Shown here one piece after another: positions 25,626 through 39,871 of a stretch of 64,000 bases of DNA. Source of the stretch: Eledone cirrhosa (taxonomy: Eukaryota); the NCBI GenBank assembly GCA_964016885.1, contig OZ024742.1, forward strand, positions 178,126,001 to 178,190,000, written 5' to 3'. Below the pieces are notes generated by a model. That model ran no database searches, had not been told where the DNA came from, and saw only the letters and a list, made by a program, of their open reading frames with translations. How positions within the stretch are numbered: the first letter of the stretch is position 1; every line of letters starts with the position of its first letter. Position numbers and translations under genes: made by a program.

Positions 25626-26328
25626 TAAAATGAAGGAGAAAAGAATAAATAGAAAGGCAGACAAGAGTAAGAAGAAATGAAAAAAAGATAATTTTTGGAG
25701 AAAAACCACGTATGTTTTTAGTCAGCCATTTTCAGGAATGAGTGTGTGTGTGTGCGCGTGCGCGTATATATTTACTTCTTGTAACTTAGTGGTTCTACAA
25801 AAAGAGAGGAATAAAACAAGCACCATACTTGAAAACAAATGTAATTACTAGGCTCGACTAAATCCCTTCAACGTGCTGCCCCAGTATGGCCGTGGTCTAA
25901 TGACTGAAACCAGTAAAAGAATAAAAGAATGAAAAAATATATTTAACAAAATCTAATCATCAATTATAAAAGTGCCATCTGCAAAGTTGAACTTAGACTA
26001 ACCTAAGGCATTTGTAAATATTTAAATATTTAAATTTATGTCTGAAAATATTCCCAGGAAATCTCTTCGTCTTTTAAAATTACCCCACACCACCATATCT
26101 ACAAAAGTTTTTGTTTTCTCAATACTATCCTTACGGTCGTAGATCAATATTAAAGTTGATAAATATTGGCTATATACACTGAAAACAAAATATACTTATT
26201 TTATTTCAATTATTTATTTAGATTCGCTTTCAGTACTTTTAAATGAATTTGCAATAACAACAGCACAGTAGCGGTGACGGCAATGGCAGCAACAGTAGCG
26301 GTGGCAGCAGCAGCAGCAGCACGAGTAG

Positions 26329-26404
<76 letters not shown>

Positions 26405-26559
26405 TGCAGAGCAGCAGCGGCAGTAGCACCAGTAGTAGTAGTAGTAGTGGCGGTGGTGTTAGCAACTACGGCTGTGGTGATGTTTGCAATAAGAAACCAC
26501 CATACTGCCTATCAATGACAGAATATTCCAATTTGTGTATATTTGAAGCCACCCCGCCA

Positions 26560-27745
26560 AACAGACTTCAGTGAATGGCAGACGTAATCCTGGCATAAGA
26601 ACATGTAGGGTTCATGCTCAAAAGAAGTACAATACCTGCAGCACCAATCTGACCTCTATGATAATTTCATCAGCTTTTAAAAAGCCTTTGACCGTGTTTG
26701 GCATAAAGGTTTGTGGAAAGTTATGAAGGATTACAACTTTGACATCGACTTCATTCAAGTAATCAAAGCACTATATGACAACTCAAACAGTATAGTTCTC
26801 CTGAATAACAACATTGGAGAATTCTTCAGGACAACAGTGGGAGTTCGACATGGGTGCCTTCTTTTTGCCAGTGCTTTTCAACATCTTCCTGAAAAACATC
26901 ATGCAAGAGACTCTCCAAGATTTTCACACCTCTGTTTCCATTGGAGGATGGCCCATTCCCAACCTGTGATTTGCTGATGACATTGGCCTGTTAGGAAGCA
27001 GAGAAGCAGAACTACAGGAGCTCACTACCAGACTTGAGAAAGTATCAACAGCATATGGAATTGAGATCAGCTCAGGAAAGAGTAAGATTCTGGTTAATAG
27101 TAATAATCGGAGTACACCAACCAACATTATGCTGAATGAAGGAAGACTTGAAGAAGTGGACAACTTCAAGTACCTCGGCTCCACTCTGACCAATCTCAAA
27201 AGAAAATACTGACAATACTCGCCCTGGCCACTTCTGCCATGGTAAAGCTGAATGTCATATGGAAAAGCAACTCAATCAGATTGCCAATGAAGCTCAAACT
27301 ATACAAGTCATTGGTGACTTCTATCCTTTTGTATAGTTAGAAAAGCTGGACTCTCTTAGCTGACATGAAACGAAGTGTTTCAGAAAGTTGCAACCCATCC
27401 CATACATGGAACACAAGACAAACAGCTTTGTCAGGCAGCAAATTAACAAATATACTGGCAGACAGAAACCACTCCTTGCGAAGGTGAAAAGACGGAAGTT
27501 AGCCTGGTATGGTCATGTATCTCGCTACAACTCCTTGTCAAAAACTATCCTTCAGGGTACAGTCGAGGGAGGGCGAACAAGAGGTAGCCAAAGAAAATCC
27601 TGGTCTGGCAACATCAAAGACTGGGCTTGTCTCAACCTTCTACGCATGACAGAGAATAGAGACCAATGGCAACGACTGACTGCAAAAGCGTCTAGAGTGG
27701 CACCACAACGACTGGCTACACCAGTTGCGAGAACATGATAATGAG
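26560..27745 (+). pseudogene. RTE-clade LINE reverse transcriptase fragment, decayed
   Basis: FKKAFDRVWH, GVRHGCLL, FADDI, VDNFKYLGS, RRKLAWYGHV..ILQGTVEGGR.RG..RKSW motifs with frameshifts and stops. Confidence 0.92.
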
Positions 27746-28170
27746 GAATTCGAAGAATGTAGAGCTGGGTTGTAAGAACCACCGCAATTCCATCTCCGTA
27801 TACTGCTATTTATTTTTTGACCCAAGAAGAATGCATCAAATATGTGATATAAAATGAATATTCAATGTTACACCCAATCCATCCCTCGATACATAATTCC
27901 TGACTGACTGGTAGGAGGCACCCTAGAGATAAATGCCTTATCTTGGGTTTTAAACTTTGTTGAGACCGTCCCACTCCAATTTCTTTCTAAGAGAGACGAA
28001 GAGAGAGAGGGAAGAGAGTGGTAGAGAATTTATGTATCGACCTCGAAAAAAGCAAAGATAACCTCTACGTAATTTGAAAGCTGGATCGAATGACGCGAAG
28101 CAATCAATCTGATGTTCTAGCCACTCTACAAATTCTCTGCCTATTATATCCAATGTATGTATGTATGAAA

Positions 28171-28330
28171 GACGGAAAATTGGCAACGTCATTAGAACGT
28201 CGGATAGAATGCTTTGCGGTATTCGTTCCGGTTATCTGATCCCTGAGTTAAAATCCCGCCGAAGTCAACTTTGTATTTCATCCATTTTAGGCTGATAGAA
28301 ATGTACCAGTTTAGTACTGAGGTCGATTCT
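28171..28330 (+). mobile_element. Older SINE family 1 copy
   Basis: gagttaaaatcccgccgaagtcaactttgtatttcatcc body. Confidence 0.65.
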
Positions 28331-28610
28331 TCTTCTGAATCGCTTTTTTCACTTCTCTTCTCTCACTCTCTATCCTTCACTGGAAGAAATCTTCTGTTCA
28401 CTCATGGCGAGGAGACGGGCTTCGCCAAGTTTTAAAATGTCCAAGAAACCCCATATCCCATTATGGCACCCCTGCGTCCCCATCGGGAGTTACGGGTTAA
28501 TACTTTGTACAAACTTGTGTTTGTATCCGTAGGTCCCGATGGAGGCAAAACCGATTTCGCCCACAGAAAGAAAGAGGAAAGAAGAAGATATATATATATA
28601 TATATATAAG

Positions 28611-28893
28611 CAGGGGCGGATTTAATGGGGAACAAAGGGGACAATTGCCCCGAACGCCATGAAGTGGGGGGAGGGGGCACCAGTGACGGTCGTAGCAATT
28701 TATTTGCTTTAGGATGGTTAGTATTTTTGAATTTAATACTTGTATATATAACTTTTCAATTCCAATTACTTGCGCCAATCTAACTTTGATATGTAAAATT
28801 AGGGAGTTTGTTGTGTATCTAATTGTTTGTGTATGAAAGACCCCCTCCCAACCTGAACTACCCCGGGGCCTCCAAGGTCTAAATCCAACCCTG
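28611..28893 (+). mobile_element. hAT-type MITE
   Basis: Imperfect TIRs caggggcggattta / taaatccaaccctg; 8-bp TSD-like flanks tatataag / tacacaag; related copy at 48583-49059 (-). Confidence 0.75.
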
Positions 28894-29561
28894 TACACAA
28901 GAAAAATTAACCTCTAGACTTTTTTATCAACACCATAGGGAGGAAAAGCAAAGGTAAGCTCAGCGTGATTTGAACTCTGTGCAAACAGATCTGGAATGAA
29001 TACAGCGAAGCATTTTAACTGATATTTTAACCAATCTACTAGTTCGACACCTATTACATCCAATATTTAGACGTAAATAGAAATAATACACCTGTTTGGT
29101 TTATTAAACATAGGAATGGAAAGGAAAACCATTGCTTTCGTCTGAAAATGTGCCGTAATTTTATTAGTAACCTTACAATCATTCCAAACATGTCCCACTC
29201 ATTAATATAATTTTCTCTCGCAGTAAATAACAAGCCCAATATATTAAGCCGTCTACTCCTCTCAGCAATTGAATTATTTAACATTCCACATACTCTCTTA
29301 TATCTTATTTATCATTGCTGATGTAGCTTCTAACCAATTTTATTAGTTTCTTTCTTTTTGACATCCAAATAGTTTTCTTATCTCAACCTATTCTGTGAAC
29401 ATTTATTCTCGTGAGACTTCACCTCAAACTGTACTTTCGGTACTTACATCGCAAAGTTTGATGATACCCGCTTTTCTTATTCCCGCCACTTTATGTACCT
29501 GCCGCCCGGCCAACTGCTCCAACCTTTTCTTCTACTCTTTTTGGAAATGTTAAACTTACTA

Positions 29562-29653
<92 letters not shown>

Positions 29654-30060
29654 ACGTATTGTATACTAAATAGTATATGGGATGTTTATGAAAAACATTC
29701 GAGGGCATTTCGCTATGAATTTATAAGACTTAGCTATGCGTGATCTTTTTTCTTTTTGAAACTATATATACATATATATATATATGCATGTATATATATA
29801 TATAATTAATAAATATTGTTATCTCTGATCGAGACGAAGCTAGAGTGTATTTTAATTCATATAAAAAGGAGAAAACTCTTCACTAGAGCAGCCGCTAAGG
29901 CAGCGATGGACAATAATGCCTTAGAGAACAGACCAACGACCAGTGGTCGGCAGATGAACAAAGTGAGCGACAGGCAGACAAAACATGGAAGACTGTAAGA
30001 TAAGAAGGACAAGGAAATCGTGTGAACCCATTGTGCTGGTTTGAGAACTGATGAAGATGA

Positions 30061-30191
<131 letters not shown>

Positions 30192-30981
30192 CTTGGCTTC
30201 TACATCGCCTTTATTTATTTATTTATTCCTGTTGCTTTAGAATGTCAGTGCAATTCTCCTTGTCCTACTTTAGTCATCTATATTACGTCTGCTTATCACC
30301 CACTTCATGGATTGTTTCTCTGCCGACCACAGCCGTTGGTCTCTATCCTCTGATAACATTTAGCTGTGTTAGCGATGTGTTTTCTCATTTCATATCAATA
30401 TATATCTAATATATATTTGTGAAATGGGTGGTGGTTGAAATTCAGTTGTGCACGGTTAAATGGTAGTAGACGTGGTCGGACGGGCATGAAAATGTACACA
30501 CCTATGTAAAAAGTGCCAAGGAAGCAAATAGATGAGGTTTCAAATCTCTAACTTGAAAAATGTGGTCCCTAGGGCCCCAAAACGGTCTATTTACTATCGC
30601 TTTCGGTGAGTTATTTCCCCCTGTTCTAATACTTGGATGAGTTATTTTCCGTAGCCGCTTTCAATATTCATTGTCTTATTTACAATTTCATACAAATTTT
30701 TAAACTCATCAATTTTTTCATAACATATCAAACACAACGTTCTTTCGCTGTTAACATACAGTACCGTTTTATGAAATCGACTCTGCAGTACCATTTTACG
30801 AAATGCCAAACCGAAAACGGTCACTGTTTTCCATCAAAAGAAATAAAACCCTTAAATTGCGAAGAAGGGAGGCGTGTTCTCAGGTACGTTTTTTCCGATA
30901 TCATTTTTATTTTAATTCTAATACATGTTAACCACCACTAGTAGTATTTTTCAAAGTCAAATGAAAAGTTTAAAGAATGCA

Positions 30982-31179
30982 TGTAAACTTAATGAATGGG
31001 ATCTATAAGCATTTGGCTTGCCGAGTTAATTCATTCAGTTTTTTTTAAATGTTCATTGTAAACTTAATGAATGGGATCTATAAGCCGTTTGGTTGCCGAG
31101 TTAATTAATTCAGTTTTTTTTTATATTCATTGTAAACTTAATGAATGGGATCTATAAGCGCTTTGGTTGCCGAGTTAAT
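30982..31179. repeat. ~74-bp tandem repeat, 2.7 copies
   Basis: tgtaaacttaatgaatgggatctataagc starts at 30982, 31057 and 31131. Confidence 0.9.
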
Positions 31180-31600
31180 AAAGAGCCACAGAATGTTATA
31201 ATAAACTTTCAAAAGTGTGGGACTAGAGTTGTTGCTCAAAAATATTGTAATCATTATCTATCGTACACTCTGTGGCATCCTTTTATAAAAAAGAGACTCA
31301 TAACGAACTCAAGACGACACGATAATTATTTAAATGAATTTATAATATAGAATTCGGTTTAAGTGCATTTCGTATTAATCATTACTAAACATCTAATATG
31401 AGATATTGAACATTAGCTTAAATAATTATCGTGTCGTCTTGAATTCGTTATGAGTCTCTTTTTTATAAAAGGATGCCACAGAGTGTACGATAGATAATGA
31501 TTACAATATTTTTGAGCAACAACTCTAGTCCCACACTTTTGAAGGTTTATTATAACATTCTGTGGCCCTTTTGAGCTTGCGCATTTTTCAGGTCTAGTAT
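31180..31600. mobile_element. Fold-back element, ~154-bp arms
   Basis: 31180-31333 vs 31418-31571 near identical; short tail then (TA)n. Confidence 0.8.
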
Positions 31601-31696
31601 ATATATATGTACACCACTCTCAAGCGTGAAACTAATATTAACATTTTGTACTGCCTCTTCGCTTCTACGTTGCTGTTTTTTTTGTTTACTGTTTCA

Positions 31697-31852
<156 letters not shown>

Positions 31853-32184
31853 AGCTGTTGCTTGAACTGTAGGTACCTGCCTCAAAGATATATCAGTGAA
31901 TTGCTAGCCTTTTTCCTATCGCCATTACCATATCCCCTCTTTTGGTACTGCCTAAGGCATAGTCAGTATATCAGTCCTCAAAGCACATCTCTGTTGAGAC
32001 AATCTGGAGTTGTATGCGATTGCAGAGAGATACCCGTGCTACAGTCTGTCTTTTATCAGATTTCTCTTTTTTTGGAAGAAGTTCAGTTTAGTCGACATTC
32101 ATGAAGTCTCTATTATGATATACAACTGTTGCCACGGCCCCTATTCTCTCTCTCTACTAGGATCTTATCAGAAATATGTTTATT

Positions 32185-32620
32185 TCTTCTTCTTCTTCTT
32201 CTTGGGAAGGTTGTGAGGACAGAGCCCTCAGACACGCCTGCTTAATGTTCTGATCAGAAGCAACAATCTGGATGCCCAAACGAGACCAACCGAGCTTTTG
32301 GATATTATTCATCTATCTTGCTCGGGGTCTACCTCTGAGGTAGGTGTAAACCAAACTCGCTATATTCAATTCGTTGTTCGTGTCTACCCTTATCTATGGT
32401 AATGACCGAACGAATACAATCACCAGCACAAGGGACCGAATAAGGTTCCTCTGGAGGGTCATTTGAGTAACGTTATTCGATACGGTGCGTAGCTCGGAGA
32501 TCAGGGTGTCCCTCCAGAGTCGCTACTTCTCTAAATCGAGAAATCTCATTTCCGATACTACGGACAAGTGCTTAGAATGTTTCAGGAAAGAATCGCTGGG
32601 GATATGTTTATTTGACAAGT
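32185..32620 (-). mobile_element. RTE (Rex3/Expander-like) LINE 3' fragment with 5' inversion
   Basis: Minus 32200-32345 LRGRPRAR..LGWSRLGI then (GAA)n tail; plus 32350-32620 KLAIFNSLFVSTLIYG..VMTERI..DTVRSSEIR..IEKSHFRYYGQVLRM. Confidence 0.75.
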
Positions 32621-33137
32621 TAAATTCTACAGTGTCACAATCCTCCAAAGAGCTTTAAATAATGTAGCGAAGCAAGATAGAATGCTTTCATTTGTTTTTG
32701 TTTGTTTTTTGTTTGTGTATTTTTGTTTGTTTTTTGTTTTTTTTTAAATATGGTACCACCATTTAAATTGATTGCCATTTCACGATAGCTCAAACAAAAC
32801 ACTGTTGTTAATTCTAGCAATTATATCACTGAATTACTTTGTATAACTAGCAGTTCAATGTTCGTATTATTAAGTCCGCTAGAAATTTTCTTTCTCAACA
32901 CCGGATAATTACATAAAACTATTCTGCGACTGTAATGAGTGTTTATATCTGATCATACTTTGTTACAGAAACGAATTCCACATCAGTGAAGATGTCAATT
33001 TAAACAAGATAAAATAATCAGACTTAATAGCTATTAAAAGTTCTTATCAAAATAGATTCGGCAGAAATAATTACCAGAACACTTAATGTATTTTTCGAAA
33101 ATCGGTTGATACTAAATACTTTTGCATATAATATTTT

Positions 33138-33187
<50 letters not shown>

Positions 33188-33189
33188 TT

Positions 33190-33230
<41 letters not shown>

Positions 33231-33250
33231 AATACATGTGCATGTGTATG

Positions 33251-33283
<33 letters not shown>

Positions 33284-33437
33284 ATATATGTGCATGTGTG
33301 TGTATACATATACATATAAACATGTATACATGCATATATGTAGGGGGTGTTTGTTATATGTATATATGTATATATGTTTGTGAGTAATTGGGAATAGAAT
33401 TTGATTTCTTTTTTGTTACTTTTTCTTTGTTTATATT

Positions 33438-33501
<64 letters not shown>

Positions 33502-33508
33502 GAATAAA

Positions 33509-33603
<95 letters not shown>

Positions 33604-35116
33604 TTTATTTTTTTAGGTGATGAGGTTAACAGTTTTGGGTTAATTGAAAATATGTAGAAAAGAATTGCAATATTCTTTAATTTTCATACTTAACTGGTCA
33701 GCAGCTTTTGATAGTTGAAGCTTTATATGAATTAATGAAAGGAATGTTTGCAGCAAACAAGCTCCATTGTGGAGCTGTCTAGATTTATGCTGAACAACGT
33801 TTTGGTGTGTGTGTCTACGAGTGTGTATACTGTATGTGTGTATGTGTGTGTGAGTGTATACTGTATGTGTTTCTCTGTGTGTATATGTATGTATGTGAGG
33901 GATTTGGAGTGTATGTGTGTGTATGTGTGGGTATGTATGTGTGTATATGATGTGTGTACATGTGTGTGTATATGTGCGTATGTGTGATTGACTGAAAATG
34001 TAATTCTATTCTCTAAACAGCAAAAGCACAACAGCGACAGCCTCAGCAGGAAGAGCTACAACAACAGCAACAAGTGCAGTAACAACATCATCAGCAGAAA
34101 CAGCAGCAAAAACAGCAATAACAGCAGCAACACAGCAATACCACCAGCAGCAGACGCACCACAACTCCAACTACACACAACAGCAGCATCAACTTCAGTA
34201 GCTACTGTTATTGAACTGAATATATCTTAGATGCATTTCTTGCCTATAGTATAGTTTGGAAGCAGTTAGTAACGGGGGACGCTGTTGTTTAATTGTTAAG
34301 TCTTGTGTTATTTCTAACCTTAACGTTATTCACCTTGCCTCTTCTACCAGCAGTTGGTATCAGCAATGGAAACACCAATGGGAACATTGTTTCCTTGGTC
34401 CGCTCTGACGAAAATCCGCTCTCTTTTTCCTTTTCGATACCCAATACATGTATGCAACATGAACGAAAGCTTACTAGTTCAATCCTACTACGTGAAATCT
34501 TGAGAAAGGGTCATTTATCATAACCTTGGCTCAACCCATGTTTTTTAAATGAAATTAGGTAGGCGGGTAATGTTTGGAAGCCCGTCGAGTGGACTGTACA
34601 TATAATTCAAAGATTCAGTCATGTCTCACACTGTGTCACGCTGAATCTCCCTGAGAAGTATGTTAAGGGTACATATGTATGTGAAATGATCAACCACGTT
34701 AGCTTCTCAAGCAGGATATTTCGTTAATCGTATGACAGGAACACTCACCGTGGAAGACGACGAAAGTCCATTTCATTCCACAATAGAGAAAACTAGCTTT
34801 TATATGTAAATGAAAAAAACCCTACTTCTAAATGGAAGAATGCATTACTTATATAAAGATAACGTATTTTACGCTTATTTACTATCACAGATTTTGTAAA
34901 ACTTACTGTATTTTTGTTATGAATATTATCCACCATCCTTGCCAATTTAAATATGATATTTGCTTTAACAGAATAAATTTTATTAAATGTTTCAAATATT
35001 TTATGGATTCGTGTTTTTGAATAATTAGATGAATTCAAATAGATGAATTCAAACTTGGCTATATAACGTTTCTGAACACACACAGACACACACACATACA
35101 CGCATTCACACACACT

Positions 35117-35149
<33 letters not shown>

Positions 35150-35155
35150 TTATAC

Positions 35156-35324
<169 letters not shown>

Positions 35325-35468
35325 AGCAGAAGGGATATTCAATTTGTTGTCAATTCAACAAATATAAATGTTTATAACTGATTCACAGCACTCGACAAGT
35401 TTTCTGGAGTATAATATTCAATGATATTAAATAAATGGAAACTATATTTATTTTTATATTTATATATA

Positions 35469-35503
<35 letters not shown>

Positions 35504-35557
35504 GTATATATATATGTGTGTGTGTGTGTGTGTATATATATATGTATATATATATAT

Positions 35558-35610
<53 letters not shown>

Positions 35611-35611
35611 G

Positions 35612-38600
35612 TATTAAGGATACTATTTATGATTATGTATATACTAAAACTTTTTATAGTTATATATATTTAAAACCCTAAACAGTGAAAGACAGTAATT
35701 TATTACTACCTTATTACCAGTAAGATAAATAGCTCAATGTAATAACATCACTTGTTCTACAGAGCAGTTATATAGAATTCACATGAATCAAAGTTCTGTT
35801 CAAACCATTTATTAGCTTACAATTGTTTCGTCCAAACCGAGGTTTGGAGTCTTCGGAGCAATTTTTCAATGATTGTTTACATACATGACCTCCTTTCCAA
35901 CACAAGAGACATACAGATACATATGTATATATTGATGCACAGTGGGGTGACATCCATTATAATATTTTTGCATGGCAATTTAAATTCAAAAATTAAAATC
36001 ATATTAGAGCAAAATTAAAGTTAAAATACAACATCGGCAGTTTACGAAGATAATGCAAGAGGATAGTTTGTTAGTCAGTTGAAGTAGTTAGTGCATGCAA
36101 TAGTTACACGTGGGGCATGCACGTGTGTCTTATTTATATAAGATTATTGTGCGGCAAGGTGTTATATGCAATACAAGCACTTTAAGCGGGTAATCAAGAG
36201 TATTATGGAGGTTGTAGTGGTAAAGTATTTTTTGTGTATGATAAAGAAGCTTGTGTGCATAGAAATATTATAAATGAGAAGCAAAATAATGTTATGGTTT
36301 TTGTATACACCACCATTTTCACAATCCAGGAAACGTAATATATAGTTTATATGTCCTTCACATAATTAACGATGATTCAGTATTGGATGTTTGATGTATT
36401 AAGTTAAATTATAACAGCTTGTTGCGGCTCAGTGTTCTTTAATCCAATTTTATAGAGCAGGTTGTTTTTGTTGCGAGAATTTACATCGTTTTATTTTCCG
36501 GAAGTATGTGTGTGATTAAGGGGAGTTAATGCGTGAGGGGAGGTAACTAGCTGATTTCTATAACAAAATTTATTATTCTAATGTACATTAAAAGGTGTCT
36601 CAATTGAGTCCCTTATATATATATGGTTATATACAGTTTCCAAATTTAAGTATCCTATCTTTAAATTACAGTCTACTCTATCAAGAAGTACTAAAGGTAT
36701 CTATATTAGGATGATTACTCCCTATCATAGAGTGCTACAACTGAATAATCCATACGAAGAGTCAGATGTCCATATCAATGTTTTTGTAAATGTAGTCTAC
36801 TCACAGAACCTGACAGGGTCTTAATAGAACCACGTCTATATATAACCCCTGGTAAGCTCTGGGTCAGCGCATGGCTGATTGCATGGCAAAGTTAAATATC
36901 TCTAGGGTTGACCAAAGAGCAATTCTCACTTACAATGTCATTAATCTGTCTATCAAGTTATACATGTATGTATAACTCATATACCACTTGTACATAATTC
37001 ATTGTATTCAACATATAGGTTATATAGCTCTTTTATGTTAATAAATTAATCTTCTATTTATCTAATGATAGCACTCCATACATACAACAACATTTGCACA
37101 AATAATTCAGTGTTTAAAGTTTACATATAATTATATAGTGATATAATGTAGTCTAAGTAATTGAAGGTAATTATACTAAAAGTAGGTGTACATGGGGATA
37201 TTTCTAGGGTAAAAGGTTTTAGATAGATGTCACGAATTGTGTTAAGATAGGGTGGATCATTGAGTGTGGAGTTGCGGTGTAAGGTGTGCCCTTGAGGTGT
37301 GTTGCTAGAAGGGGTGATGGGTTCAAGTCTGACATTGCTATATATTGGGTTTAAAGTTTTGGAAGGAGTATCGGAAGCGGTGCTGGCATGACGCGAACAC
37401 TTCTGATTTTTTATTAAGGAGGTTATGGTTTGAGAAGATAATAGTATGGGTCTCTAGTAGACAGAGGTTACAAAATGTATTAGGTGGTTTGTACGATGTC
37501 GCCTTACCTATCACTTCCCATTTAAGTGTATAAGATCTATTTTTAGTTTTTAGATAGTGTATGTAGCTAGATAGTGAAATGGAGTTGGCTAGACTGTGGT
37601 TTTTGAAGGAATAGAGGTGCGAATTGTATCTGGTTTTGAAGCAGTTTGAAGTAGAGCCTATATAGGTTTCAGAAGAGTTGCTAGTTGTGACGGTGCATGA
37701 GTATATGATATCCTTGATTAAGCATTTTTTATCTAAAGGGCAGGTTCTATTAGATCTAAAGTTACAATTATTTTGGATGTTAGCCTGCCGGTTATTATGT
37801 TGTGTAGAAGTCTGGATGGTAGCTGTACGATTATGGTTATGGGGATTGTCGTTCCCAGCGTTATTGCTTACACTAGTTCTATTACTATTATTACTATTGT
37901 TATCAGGGTTAGTTGATATAGTGTTATTTTGAAGGTTTACCCCCTGTTGTGATTTAGTTTGTTGGAAGTAAGAATTAATTTTTCTTTTATTGCTACTAGC
38001 TACGTGGTATGCTATGTTAGGCGTGGTAGAGTAGGAGATTTTAATTGTGTTTTTGTTTAAAAGGCTATGGTACTTGTGGCCAGATGGGCAGTTTTTATCT
38101 AGGAGTGAGAAGAAAGCCTTAGGTAGGTTGGTAGAGACGTTTAGATTGAAAGGAGGGTTGAAGAATGTATTATTTCTTCTTCTATTTTTGTTTTTTATGT
38201 CTGGTGAGTTGTTTCCGTTTATGGTACTATGGTAACTTCTGTGGTGTAGTATCCTTCGTAGTAGTGTGTGTGGTTGCTATTCTTATTACTAATTTTCCTA
38301 ATGGACATATTGTGCGAAATAATGTTGTAGCTATGTGTTTTTGTAGGTAGGAACTCGATCTCCTTATTATGGCCTGATCTAACTAATGCCTGATTATAAT
38401 ATTGCGAGTTTTTGCTAAATATGTTTACGTCATAGGATAGATTAGAGATTCTATTGGATACTCCCTTAGAGATAGAGTTTAATATTGATCTAGGGTGGTT
38501 AGACTTGGTATCTACGTAAATCAGTTGTTCGTCAGGTTTATGGAAAGGTGTATATATCCTTGAGTCTAGGTAGAGGGTGGCGTCTAGGAAGTTAACGTTT

Positions 38601-38851
38601 TTAGTGTTTTTGTCTATGGTGATACTTAGGTTATAGTTTTTGAAAGTCTTGTGCAATAGTTTTCTAGTTCTTTCTATATTGAATTTTTTATAGTCAATAT
38701 ATACATATGTATCTGAATGTCTCTTGTGTTTAGAAAGGAGGTCTTGTATGTAAACAATCATTGAAAAATTGCTCCGAACACTCCAAACCTCGGTTTGGAC
38801 GAAACAATTGTAAGCTAATAAATGGTTTGAACAGAATTTTAATTCATGTGA

Positions 38852-38860
<9 letters not shown>
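35612..38860 (-). mobile_element. 5'-truncated Penelope-like element (RT thumb, linker, C-terminal GIY-YIG) with inverted pLTR, between (TA)n tracts
   Basis: VNFLDATLYL..FHKP..YVDTKSNHP; FNPPFNLNVSTN; KISYSTTPN; CNFRSNRTCPLDKKCL; DIIY..TYIGST..FKTRYNSH; CNLCLLE; arms 35770-35935/38694-38860. Confidence 0.92.
35811..35863 (-). ncRNA. Minimal type I hammerhead (CCGAAGA variant) in the pLTR; mirror copy 38767-38819 (+)
   Basis: gct-CCGAAGA-ctccaaacc tc ggtttggac-GAAAC-aatt-GTA-agc; palindromic acaattgt stem III. Confidence 0.75.
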
Positions 38861-38907
<47 letters not shown>

Positions 38908-39060
38908 TATATATTTATATTCCGGAAAACAAGAAATATATATATAATTTTATTAAAATTGTGGAATCTATTATTTTTTTAACGAGAAATATATGCTCTT
39001 AAACTGTATGTCATATATAACTGAAGTGGCGTCTGTATTATATAACATTAACATGATTGT

Positions 39061-39307
39061 CTAATCCATCATCACCATCATCACCATCATCACCATCATT
39101 GTTATCATTGTCATCATCACCATCATTATCATCATCATCACCATCATTATCATCATCACCATCATTGTTATCATTGTCATCATCACCATCATTATCATCA
39201 TCATCACCATCATTATCATCATCACCATCATTGTCGTCGTTGTCGTCATCACCATCATCACGATCATCATCATTGCCATTGTTGTTTTCCTCTTCCTTAT
39301 CATCATT

Positions 39308-39345
<38 letters not shown>

Positions 39346-39385
39346 CATCAACATCATCATCATCATCACCCTCTTTAGACTCATC

Positions 39386-39420
<35 letters not shown>

Positions 39421-39556
39421 TCTCGTTATCATCGTAATCAACATCATCATCATCACCATCATTATAATCATCCTCATCATCATCATCATCACGATCATCA
39501 CCATCAGCACTATCAGCACTATCATTATCATTATCATCATCATCAACAGCAGCAAC
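39061..39556. repeat. Degenerate (CAT)n trinucleotide array
   Basis: Read directly; explains the poly-Ser and poly-Met ORFs. Confidence 0.95.
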
Positions 39557-39871
39557 AGCTTTAGTAATCAGTTTTCGGTCCAGTGGTGGAGTGAGCAGCC
39601 CTGACCACCGAGGGGTTTGACTACCTTGACGTGATTTGAAACCATACCCTAAGATATCCCATCAAACACTCTAACAATTCAGCCAACCATTCATCACCTT
39701 TAATTTATTTTAACGCCAATCCTGAACATATCAGTCAAGGTAGGCCCCGGCAGGATATCAACTCAGATCACTGAGAGTCGGAAAAAACCCATCAGATATT
39801 CTATTCGACGCCTTATCGACTATTTTGTTAATATGTAGACACTGGCCATATATATTATGTTGCTATTGTTT

